Both the position numbers and the translations under genes were made by a program. Shown here piece after piece: positions 19,643-28,244 of a DNA stretch of 64,000 bases. The first letter of the stretch is position 1. Each line of letters begins with the position of its first letter. Under the pieces are notes generated by a model. It was not told the origin of the DNA. It worked only from the letters and a program-made list of their open reading frames with translations, and did no database searches. Source of the DNA: a virus; IMG/VR virus record IMGVR_UViG_3300009128_000008, positions 20,696-84,695 of that record. The stretch is one strand, 5' to 3'.

Positions 19643-19664
19643 GGGGCAAGTAAAAACTTGCCCC
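19643..19664 (-). terminator. Hairpin after the protease/scaffold gene (weak terminator or stability element)
   Basis: GGGGCAAGT-AAAA-ACTTGCCCC is a perfect 9-bp stem with only a short U-tract. Confidence 0.55.
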
Positions 19665-19696
19665 AGTTAATATTATATTTTTGGGTTTGTTTTCAA

Positions 19697-22600
19697 TTAT
19701 ACTTTTCTGCCAGCCCAAATCTTATTAAGCTCTGTCTGAAGATCAGATGCAGCCGCTTCAGGCTCGGGTAGTGTAATTGAATCGCCGGTGCCCATCATAC
19801 CAACTTGCGGTATGGAGGCTTGCTTTTTCATAGGAGTCTGTGTAGATACCCATCGCTTCATGCTATTAAATGCCTCGTCATTAAAGCTCATAAGCTCTTT
19901 GACTTGCTCATTTACAGCAGTACGAACTAGCATTCCACGGTCTACCATGTCATGTGCTAATTCATAAGCTCTGGCAATCTTTACCTTGTATGATTCCTGT
20001 TTTTCCGCAAGCTTCTGGGACTCATGCTCCTTCGTAAGCTCAGATGCAAATTGAGAACATTCAGCATCTCCCTCGCCATAATACTGTTTCCAGTAACTAA
20101 CAGCCTCGGCATCCAAACCATGAGCAACCAGTCCGTCAAAATCCTTCTCAGGATCAATCTTGCCGGCGGTTACCATCTGCTGAATCTCTTCGGCCATCTT
20201 ACGGACTCTAGGAGGCGCCGTGGCAACATCCATTACCTTGTCATGAGCCTCTTCTAATGTCTCAACCTTGCCTAATTCACCAGTAGGTGCAACATCCAGT
20301 TGGGTTGTGACACCACCGCCGGGATGTGCTTCATCTAATACATTAGAAAATGTCAATCCTTGTTGTGCCATTTTTGATAATTCCTCTCTATATGCTACGC
20401 GCCCTTCCTTTGTTGTTAGGTCAAACTTTTCACTTGCGCCAGTCATTTTTGCCAAATCATCTGGAGTGGGACCCTCTACCTTTAAACTGCCATCTGGACC
20501 AAGCGTCGCTGCAGTTGCTGCATTGTCATCATCATCTGCTCCAAAGCCCTTGCCTACCATTGGATATACTTCTTTTGGTTTATATTCAAGTTTTGCCGGG
20601 CGTTCTGGCGTTGGTCCAACATCGATTCCGCCCAATGGATATGCGGTTGTGCTCTCAACTGGCTCAGCTGGCGCAGCTTCATCCTCTTCAAGCGCCCCAT
20701 AAAATTCAGCCGAACCCGGAGCATTTACTGGCGCTTCTAATTCAGCATCAACTTCCTTCTCAATTTCTTTAAGAAACTCTGGCGAAGGCGTAATTACATC
20801 TTCCTCTAACACCACATCAGCATCGGCAACATCAACATCGGCAGCATCAGCTGTGTCAGCAGCATCAGCAGCATCAGCAGCATCAGCAGTAGCGCATTCA
20901 CACTTATCATCGCCACACTCTTCGCAGGCGTCTTCAGCTTTCTTCTTCAGCTGCTCTTTTGTCTGCTTAGATTTCTTGGTTAGCATTTCTGCTCCTCGGG
21001 CGTACTTGACAAATGCTTCCATCAGCTTATAACAATCGGCAATAGTTGATTTGGCATCATCGCAAGCGTCCTTGACCAAAGTGTTTACAGAGCTAGCGTC
21101 TTTCTCGTCTAGCTTCTTCTCATTCTTGTAAATATGCTCGGCCAAACGCAACTCTTCAATATGCTCTGCCATATCAGCGCCGACCTTCTTCATACCTACA
21201 ACCAGAGACTTTCCTAGTTTCTTATGCATTTTAACCATCGCGCCAACAGGTGGTAATGCTCCTTCACCAGGACCTTCACCTTCAGCCTCGACTTCTTCTG
21301 CTATTCCGCCAAACTCATCTAGCTCTTCACCCTCTTCTAACAGGGCTTCAACAGCTTCCCGGACATCAGAAACGTTATTTTCTAGTTCGTTAAGAAGACC
21401 TGGCAGCTCTTCCTTGGGATCGCCAGTTCCGCCTTCATCAGGAACAGGTTCTCCTTCAGGCTCAAGTGCTTCAGGAGCTGCGCCTAATTCCTCAGGTGCA
21501 ACAGGCTCTTCTGCAGTAGCAGGTGCTGGTGGTGCAGGCGGTGGAGTTAATTGTGCACTCTTTAGCATTGCATCTGCTTTCTCAAACCCTTCAGACCTCA
21601 ACACGTCCAAAATTTTACGGCCATATTTTTCAGTTGCCACAAAATCGTAAAAAGCTTCTACTTTGCCGTCAGTGATCTCTTGGACAGTTGAGCTGAGAAT
21701 AAGCTTGTCATCAGCATATACCTGCCAACGACTATTTGCCGGATCCTCAGTTCCGTCTGATTTGGCCGCCTTAATAAATTTGGCGGTCAATTTGGCTCGA
21801 AGAAGCATCTTTTTACGAGCCTCATCGTCACCATATAGTCCTTCCACATCACCAACATCAGGAAAAGGAGCCTCTCCTACCATCTGCTTATCTTCCTTAT
21901 CGCGGGTAGTTTGATAGTCCTCTTTAGGATACGTTGGCTTTCCTGGGGTGGGTTCATTACCCTCTCCACCACCTTGGAAGTAGGCCTTGCGAGTCTTAAG
22001 CGCTTCTTTGGCTTTTTCCACCGCAGCCTGACGACGCATTGCCCGCTCTTCTTCCTCAGCTAAACGTTGCAATCGCTTTTTGCGCTCTACTTCAGATTCG
22101 CCAGCACTGTCAGGTCCGGGAGCCATCCCGTCGACAGGACCAGTATCCATCTGACCCACCATCTGTTTATCCTCATTATCACGGGTGCCCTGATAATCTT
22201 CTTTGGGATACTTTGGTGCGCCAGGTGTAGGCTCATTTACTCCACCACCACCTTGAAAATAAGCTTTCTTTTCAGTCATTTTACCCTCGTTTTGATTTTG
22301 TGACAACAAACTATCTACGTCATTTTGTAATTTGTTTAAACTTGTATGAATGCCATTAACGACACTAGCAAACTTTCCTAATTCTACATCTGTTGAGGCG
22401 TCTTTTTCTTCTTTCGTCTCTATTGGCGCCTCGCAAACATCATCAGCTTCTTGTTTTTCTTGCGACATCTCTTCACCTTCTTCGGCTTCTTCCACTGTTT
22501 CCGCCTTTTGTTCAAGTGCCTCAAGCTTTTCACAAGCTCGCTCTAAATCTTTTTTAATTTCAGCTACTGCTTCAGGATCAACTAATTCGTTCATATCGGC

Positions 22601-23398
22601 CAACTTTGAAATAAGTTCTTCTTTGGAATCTACATACTGCGCAATACTGTGTGCTGCAGCAACTATATGTCTAATTTTTGCCTTACCATCCGCTCCGCTT
22701 ACCACTATTGATAATTCGATTGGGTTAAGATCGCAATTTATTTCCCCATAACAACTCTTCTGTCTCATATGGGGGCAAAAATCATTTTCTGTTCGCGCTA
22801 CTTTGCCACATTCGGAACAAATTGCTCGTCCAACAGCAGTTCCCATAGAAACTGATGTAGCATAGCCAGTTGAAACTTTTCTAGCCAAATCTGGATAGTT
22901 TACCTTGTCAAGAGCACATAAGGCAATAATTCTTTTCTTGGGATAATCATAATAAGTATCAACAATAACACCACGGACCATATCCACAGAACTTGATTTA
23001 TGATCCAGACAAAGCGGTCGTCCTATCCATTTCTTATAAGCCTTAAGTAATTCCTCTTCTGGAAATATATCATTATTAGAATTCTTATATGGCTGCATAT
23101 TAGGATCTGAACAAACCCACTTCCATGAATCGCCCTTCTTTTCCCAATGGGCGTTTATCTCTTCGCCATTAGCATCTTTCTTAATAGTTCCGTCGTCATT
23201 TAGCAATACAGATTCGGCCGCATGCATCATAATGGCGGAAAAATATAAAAAGTCTTTCGCCCTAGGAGCGATCACTTTTAAATCGGCCGCAATCTTCTCG
23301 AACCTCTCCAAAATAGCAGGATTAGACATAACGCTTTCCTGCGATTGAATCGCGTCCGGTGTGATAGTAACGGCTTCTCCTAATTTGATTATAGTCAT
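19697..23398 (-). CDS. Prohead maturation protease fused to a long scaffold/core region
   Basis: N-terminal domain has PLCLDH...GVIVD...SVSMGT (His/Ser motifs of phage prohead serine proteases) with a CSECG..CPH insert. About 950 aa of acidic, coiled-coil scaffold-like sequence follows. Confidence 0.75.
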   Translation of the reverse strand: MTIIKLGEAVTITPDAIQSQESVMSNPAILERFEKIAADLKVIAPRAKDFLYFSAIMMHAAESVLLNDDGTIKKDANGEEINAHWEKKGDSWKWVCSDPNMQPYKNSNNDIFPEEELLKAYKKWIGRPLCLDHKSSSVDMVRGVIVDTYYDYPKKRIIALCALDKVNYPDLARKVSTGYATSVSMGTAVGRAICSECGKVARTENDFCPHMRQKSCYGEINCDLNPIELSIVVSGADGKAKIRHIVAAAHSIAQYVDSKEELISKLADMNELVDPEAVAEIKKDLERACEKLEALEQKAETVEEAEEGEEMSQEKQEADDVCEAPIETKEEKDASTDVELGKFASVVNGIHTSLNKLQNDVDSLLSQNQNEGKMTEKKAYFQGGGGVNEPTPGAPKYPKEDYQGTRDNEDKQMVGQMDTGPVDGMAPGPDSAGESEVERKKRLQRLAEEEERAMRRQAAVEKAKEALKTRKAYFQGGGEGNEPTPGKPTYPKEDYQTTRDKEDKQMVGEAPFPDVGDVEGLYGDDEARKKMLLRAKLTAKFIKAAKSDGTEDPANSRWQVYADDKLILSSTVQEITDGKVEAFYDFVATEKYGRKILDVLRSEGFEKADAMLKSAQLTPPPAPPAPATAEEPVAPEELGAAPEALEPEGEPVPDEGGTGDPKEELPGLLNELENNVSDVREAVEALLEEGEELDEFGGIAEEVEAEGEGPGEGALPPVGAMVKMHKKLGKSLVVGMKKVGADMAEHIEELRLAEHIYKNEKKLDEKDASSVNTLVKDACDDAKSTIADCYKLMEAFVKYARGAEMLTKKSKQTKEQLKKKAEDACEECGDDKCECATADAADAADAADTADAADVDVADADVVLEEDVITPSPEFLKEIEKEVDAELEAPVNAPGSAEFYGALEEDEAAPAEPVESTTAYPLGGIDVGPTPERPAKLEYKPKEVYPMVGKGFGADDDDNAATAATLGPDGSLKVEGPTPDDLAKMTGASEKFDLTTKEGRVAYREELSKMAQQGLTFSNVLDEAHPGGGVTTQLDVAPTGELGKVETLEEAHDKVMDVATAPPRVRKMAEEIQQMVTAGKIDPEKDFDGLVAHGLDAEAVSYWKQYYGEGDAECSQFASELTKEHESQKLAEKQESYKVKIARAYELAHDMVDRGMLVRTAVNEQVKELMSFNDEAFNSMKRWVSTQTPMKKQASIPQVGMMGTGDSITLPEPEAAASDLQTELNKIWAGRKV
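20841..20888. repeat. 9-nt tandem repeat encoding (ADA)n in the scaffold
   Basis: GCAGCATCA units; the protein reads TADAADAADAADTADAAD. Confidence 0.8.
21830..22270 (-). repeat. Duplicated ~50-aa module in the scaffold
   Basis: KAYFQGGG..NEPTPG.P.YPKEDYQ.TRD.EDKQMVG occurs twice, 93 codons apart. Confidence 0.9.
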
Positions 23399-23411
23399 AC
23401 TAGTGCCCTGA

Positions 23412-23576
23412 TTATTTATCAGATTCTTTATTTAATTTGATTTTATTACCATCTTTGTTAATATTTTTAGCATCTTGCTTGGCCTTCTTGAGAGCCTTTT
23501 TGGTCTCCTTATCGTCTAGCTCTTCATCGTCGTCCAATATATGCAAAATCTTTACCTGACCACGTTTAATAATCAT
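23412..23576 (-). CDS. 54-aa charged protein not in the ORF track
   Basis: MIIKRGQVKILHILDDDEELDDKETKKALKKAKQDAKNINKDGNKIKLNKESDK* fills the gap between two co-oriented genes. Confidence 0.7.
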   Translation of the reverse strand: MIIKRGQVKILHILDDDEELDDKETKKALKKAKQDAKNINKDGNKIKLNKESDK

Positions 23577-23580
23577 ATAA

Positions 23581-24315
23581 TTATTCCCCTATATGCATTG
23601 TTCTAACAAAGTCAGGATAAGTTATTTTTTGAGCATCACTTGGATTTAGTGCCTGAGTATCTTTCTCGGGCTCCGCCATATTGCCATTACCAACACCTTC
23701 TATCACATTTTGTCTTTCTGTAAATAGCCTTACGATTAATGGTATCTTATCCTTTATTTTAGAACTTAACTCATCTCCTGCAGACTCTACCCAGTTTGTT
23801 GCAAGAATATTCGCATCTATATGCTCTATTATCCTATCTTTTATTAAATTTTCTGCTTGTTCGGATTGCTTTTTTATATTATCTATTGCCGAAATAACCT
23901 GCTCTCTAAAATCAGGAGCACGATAATCTTTTAATACTTTCAGAAATATATTAACTTGTTCTTCCACTTCCTGTATGCTATCAATAAAAGAATTAATTAA
24001 TTCTTGTATTTTTGAGTCCGGGGTGAAATAATTTAATTCTTTTACAGCTAAAAAGGCTCGTCTTATTACTTTGTTGTAATTTTCCTTTACCTTCTGTTTA
24101 TATCTGTTAATGACGCCCCTTCTTTCTATAACAGCTTCCGTCGAAATATTATCGAATTTCTTAAAAGGATCATACATAATATCCAAATGCTCTTCGGCAT
24201 TATCTAAAGCACCGAGAACCTTCTTAAATCTTTCGGACGCACGGATAGCGATTTCCTTTTCAGCTTCGGGAACATCAAATGCCATTTCGATACTACTTGC
24301 TATTTTTTCTAACAC
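23581..24315 (-). CDS. Helical hypothetical head-module protein
   Basis: 244 aa, coiled-coil-like; begins MLEKIAS; late-type promoter motif at 24354-24367. Confidence 0.65.
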   Translation of the reverse strand: MLEKIASSIEMAFDVPEAEKEIAIRASERFKKVLGALDNAEEHLDIMYDPFKKFDNISTEAVIERRGVINRYKQKVKENYNKVIRRAFLAVKELNYFTPDSKIQELINSFIDSIQEVEEQVNIFLKVLKDYRAPDFREQVISAIDNIKKQSEQAENLIKDRIIEHIDANILATNWVESAGDELSSKIKDKIPLIVRLFTERQNVIEGVGNGNMAEPEKDTQALNPSDAQKITYPDFVRTMHIGE

Positions 24316-24388
24316 GATTATACTCTTTTTAGATATAAAACTCTTACATAAAAATATTTTACTATTAGTAGCGATATATGCCTAGATA

Positions 24389-25147
24389 CTAATATAAACT
24401 CACAAAGCCTTGATTTTCGACAGGGCCCACACCTCTAATGCCAGAATAATTATCATATTGACCAACTAACGGCACTTCTTCTAGATCTATCCCATATTCC
24501 CGCAACAAATCCTGCAAACGCATCTTACGGAGCCCCATTCTCCTTCTTTTTCGATTAGCAAATGGAAATTGCGCCGATGGCCTGTTTACATCAGTCTTCG
24601 GAGCCCATGATTGTTGAGGCATAAATGCGGGAGGAACATTACCCATATTGAACCAATCACGCTCAAGACTTACTATGTCTTCATCGGTTACGTCATTTGC
24701 GTCTGTTTTATGACGCTTAATGAATAATGTATAAAACGCCTTAGTACTAGGGTCCAAATCTTTGCCAAAATCTATTTGCTTTGCCTCTTCTAATGCTTTG
24801 TCTACATCCCAATTATCATGTTTTATACGATACAGGGCTGCAGCAGTACCGGTTCTATCCTTTCCATGTAAACAGTGGATATAAGACGGTTTATTGTCGG
24901 TCAATAAATCAACTATATTGTCGGAAAGGTAATTAAATAAATGTATTGTCTCTGGTCCCTGTAAAGGAATGATGATATGTTCGATACCAAGCTCCTTAAC
25001 TATCGGGGATATTTTATTACCAACCTTTTCATCAAGGCTAATTATACGCTTTATCCCAAAAATATTAGATAATATTTGCAGATCTTTCCCACTAGGAGCG
25101 CCGCCCCTATAAATACCATCATCTATTTCTGAAAAACGCTCCGGCAT
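24389..25147 (-). CDS. Cys-dependent protein tyrosine/dual-specificity phosphatase
   Basis: IYRGGAP, GIKRIISLD and the P-loop YIHCLHGKDRTG (HCx5R). Confidence 0.9.
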   Translation of the reverse strand: MPERFSEIDDGIYRGGAPSGKDLQILSNIFGIKRIISLDEKVGNKISPIVKELGIEHIIIPLQGPETIHLFNYLSDNIVDLLTDNKPSYIHCLHGKDRTGTAAALYRIKHDNWDVDKALEEAKQIDFGKDLDPSTKAFYTLFIKRHKTDANDVTDEDIVSLERDWFNMGNVPPAFMPQQSWAPKTDVNRPSAQFPFANRKRRRMGLRKMRLQDLLREYGIDLEEVPLVGQYDNYSGIRGVGPVENQGFVSLY

Positions 25148-25885
25148 TTAATACAAAAACCTTCCTACGTTGTTTAAAACCTGTCTTATAAACTCTGGAT
25201 TCTGTCCGCTTAAAATATTCTTGATAAAAGCAATCGATTGTCCCATTGCGGCTGATATCGGAGTCTGTTTTGAGGCCACTTCATGTTCATTTATAGCTAA
25301 TATTTTGCCCCGAAGATTTGTTATAGAATCAGTTTTACCAGCATCTGTCATTCGCTTCATGATAAACTTCACAACGCTGGCTATGCTTTTGCCTGCCATC
25401 ATCGGATCTCCCATCTCAATGACGGACTGGGCCATTTTAACAATCCGCGCATTAACAATAGAAGCCTCTTTATCAGAAAAATCATAATCTACAGATTGTA
25501 TTGTCTGGAGCAACGCCGCTTCTTCCGGATAATCAATATCTTCATGCACCGCGTCATCAAATGCGGACTTAAATTCCGACATAAAATCTTTAACCTTATC
25601 AGGAGCATTCTTATTTAGCCGCCTCATTAGTTCGGAATAGGTCAGTCTTGTGTTCTTTTTGTTATCAGACTCTTTGATAACGCCATATAAATCATTTAAG
25701 GCTTTCTTTCTCTTCTTTTTCTTCTTTTTCCTCTTATTTTTCATATGTTTAAACATTTCGACCTGAGCAAGGCGCTCCTCAGCAGCGGCACGAGTATCAT
25801 ATGTGCCTAAATTTCTGTCGGATCTAGAAAGCACTCTCCACTTTCCGCCCGGCAGTTTTTTTATATATGACCTTTTAACAATCAC
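25148..25885 (-). CDS. Basic head-module protein
   Basis: KWRVLS..RNLGTYDTRAAAEERLAQVEMFKH domain followed by a poly-Lys tract. Confidence 0.65.
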   Translation of the reverse strand: MIVKRSYIKKLPGGKWRVLSRSDRNLGTYDTRAAAEERLAQVEMFKHMKNKRKKKKKKRKKALNDLYGVIKESDNKKNTRLTYSELMRRLNKNAPDKVKDFMSEFKSAFDDAVHEDIDYPEEAALLQTIQSVDYDFSDKEASIVNARIVKMAQSVIEMGDPMMAGKSIASVVKFIMKRMTDAGKTDSITNLRGKILAINEHEVASKQTPISAAMGQSIAFIKNILSGQNPEFIRQVLNNVGRFLY

Positions 25886-26220
25886 CTATGACGCCTCACA
25901 GTTCGTTCTTCATCCCAGTATACATCCTTCATTCTTAGTCCGCCATTTACCGGAACAATTGACACAATAGACCAACAATTAAGAAATACATGGTTCGATT
26001 TTCCTGTCCCTTTATCATAACACTCTACAACCAAGCAATCACCCATTAAATCTATTATCCTACCACGCACCACACTCTTTTGGTCCATATCACAATCACT
26101 GAACTTAAATGTAGTATGCGCATCGCCACAATACACTTCCACCATCTCATCTTGGAGGTAATGCATTATTGCCGCGCCATAAGAGCTTATTTCTACTACT
26201 GGAGATTTTGCTTTAGCCAT
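25882..26220 (-). CDS. Hypothetical protein
   Basis: 112-aa ORF with overlapping start/stop junctions on both sides. Confidence 0.65.
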   Translation of the reverse strand: MAKAKSPVVEISSYGAAIMHYLQDEMVEVYCGDAHTTFKFSDCDMDQKSVVRGRIIDLMGDCLVVECYDKGTGKSNHVFLNCWSIVSIVPVNGGLRMKDVYWDEERTVRRHR

Positions 26221-28244
26221 TACATTATCCTATTCAGCGTAAATGCCCGTCTAGACCTATTCAATTGGTCAAAACTTGTTTCCGCACACTTAGAAATTAA
26301 CCCCGGAACCACTGTTGAGGTAATTTTTATTTTCTTATCACAATCTGTAATTATGCTTAATCCGTCCGAAACACAATCACACAATGCTTGCACGGCATCT
26401 ACTACAATTGTTTCGCTACCTAATACAGAACACTGCAGTTCTACCGTATTATCACTCGCTGAACTGTGAATAGAAACCTTGGCATCAGCAATTTTCATTA
26501 ACAAATCAGAAGCTACTCTAGCAAACTCCACCTTATTGAAAAATGATTCGGTTTCCGCCTCTATTTTAATTAGAACATCTGTGGTGGGAAGCTCTCTATT
26601 TAATATGCTATTTTTCACTATACTCTCCAACGGACCATTAGCCTCTCTGAACAAAGACTTTATAAATGACACAACCTCACCCCATATACCCTTTTCTGTA
26701 GTCTTATCCTCTTGTGGAACTAATTTTGCTGTGGATTTTCCTGTTTTTACATCTTTTAGTTCTTCTGGCGAATACTGATCATGCCACTCTTTAACGGCTG
26801 GTTTTCTTCCTGGGGGCGGTGCTGGTTGCGATACAATTCCCGATAATTGAGGTAATATTTTCTTAACAAAAGTATTATATAATGAAGTAACCTCACCAGA
26901 ATATCCCTTGATATTTGCGGTAAAATACTTATTCAAACCTAATACTACTGTAGCGCTCGTGGGATCGCCCGCTTCCATCCATTCCAAAGCCTTATCATAA
27001 CGGCCACCAATCAGCCTCCAATATCCCTCCGCACCATCTTCCGGGGTATCATAAGCTCTCCATTCTGCGCCTGTATGAGCATATTGTTTTCCGGAGCCGG
27101 TAAAGTCCGTTGTAGACATCACATAATAAGGCTTTCCAGACTTAATCCATGCTGGGAACGCCTTAATATTACCAACATTATTACAAGGCAATTTAATTGG
27201 ATTGCGCCCGCTCTCTAAAACAACTTGCGCCCACGCTACACCTAAAGTCTCGGCTGTTGGATCTTTTCCAAATGCCCTTCTATATCCCTCTCTTAAAACA
27301 TTAGCAAAACCAACCTCGCTCAAATGAGTCATCTTACGCGGGACTCGCTCTGCTAATTTGATAAGCTCGTCTTTTCTATTAGCATATACATTCATTATCT
27401 TCTGTAGCCGCAATTTATCTCGCGGTCTAACAGAAGTTCTTTGATCCATCACCCATACTCTTGCTTGGAAAGAAAATTGTGAGCCCGGCATTGCAAATCT
27501 ATCCGTCATAACCTGAATAATAGTTTCTCCGGCAGCAATATTGGGAGCCCTCTTATGCGGCTTTCTAACATCAGCCGTCATTAGAGTTCCATTAGCAATA
27601 GCTTCTTTTAGATTTTCGGCCAATAGTGCAATATTCTGGTCCGAAAACATTGCATCCATATATTCCGGCGACAAATCTGTAAGACCTTCTATCCGAGTAA
27701 AAAGCTCATCTGCCAATCTTTTCAATGGAGATCCTTCCGATAAGCCTCCCACTTCTATATCGGCCGCTGTCAATCCGCTATACCAAGAAAAATCTTTAAG
27801 CTTCTTTCCATAACTCTTTTGAAGCTCGATATCATAACTCTCGGGCATTACCTTTTTTATTTTATCAAGAAATCCGGGCTCTTCCATTTCTTTAAAAGTA
27901 TAATACCAAACTTTATTCGCATCGCCCTCTACTTTATGAATTTCTGTCCAGAGCTGTTTTGTAAGATCTTTAACTTCTTCTAATGCTTCTCCGTATGCAT
28001 TTACCTCGCCATCTCTAATAATCTCAGATAAGTTATTGATCTTTATTTCTAATTCTTCAACTATCTTACCTGTATATTCGGTTTCTTTATTTAATTTAGC
28101 AACTTCGGCTCTGTAGTCTGAGTCTGTTATTCTGCGTAAAAAATTCTTAAATCTGCGCAAAATTCCAGCGACTTTGACAACTTTTTTGTTATCAACGGCC
28201 TGTAATTCAATAGCAATTTTCCTTATCTCATCAGTATTATGCAT
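26220..28244 (-). CDS. Virion-associated protein with a GH73/FlgJ-like peptidoglycan hydrolase domain
   Basis: AWAQVVLESG..NNVGNIKA..WRAYDTPEDG..Y..LI..RY..YFTA matches the glucosaminidase AQ..LESG / NN.F.IK / F..Y / Y.T pattern. Confidence 0.72.
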   Translation of the reverse strand: MHNTDEIRKIAIELQAVDNKKVVKVAGILRRFKNFLRRITDSDYRAEVAKLNKETEYTGKIVEELEIKINNLSEIIRDGEVNAYGEALEEVKDLTKQLWTEIHKVEGDANKVWYYTFKEMEEPGFLDKIKKVMPESYDIELQKSYGKKLKDFSWYSGLTAADIEVGGLSEGSPLKRLADELFTRIEGLTDLSPEYMDAMFSDQNIALLAENLKEAIANGTLMTADVRKPHKRAPNIAAGETIIQVMTDRFAMPGSQFSFQARVWVMDQRTSVRPRDKLRLQKIMNVYANRKDELIKLAERVPRKMTHLSEVGFANVLREGYRRAFGKDPTAETLGVAWAQVVLESGRNPIKLPCNNVGNIKAFPAWIKSGKPYYVMSTTDFTGSGKQYAHTGAEWRAYDTPEDGAEGYWRLIGGRYDKALEWMEAGDPTSATVVLGLNKYFTANIKGYSGEVTSLYNTFVKKILPQLSGIVSQPAPPPGRKPAVKEWHDQYSPEELKDVKTGKSTAKLVPQEDKTTEKGIWGEVVSFIKSLFREANGPLESIVKNSILNRELPTTDVLIKIEAETESFFNKVEFARVASDLLMKIADAKVSIHSSASDNTVELQCSVLGSETIVVDAVQALCDCVSDGLSIITDCDKKIKITSTVVPGLISKCAETSFDQLNRSRRAFTLNRIM

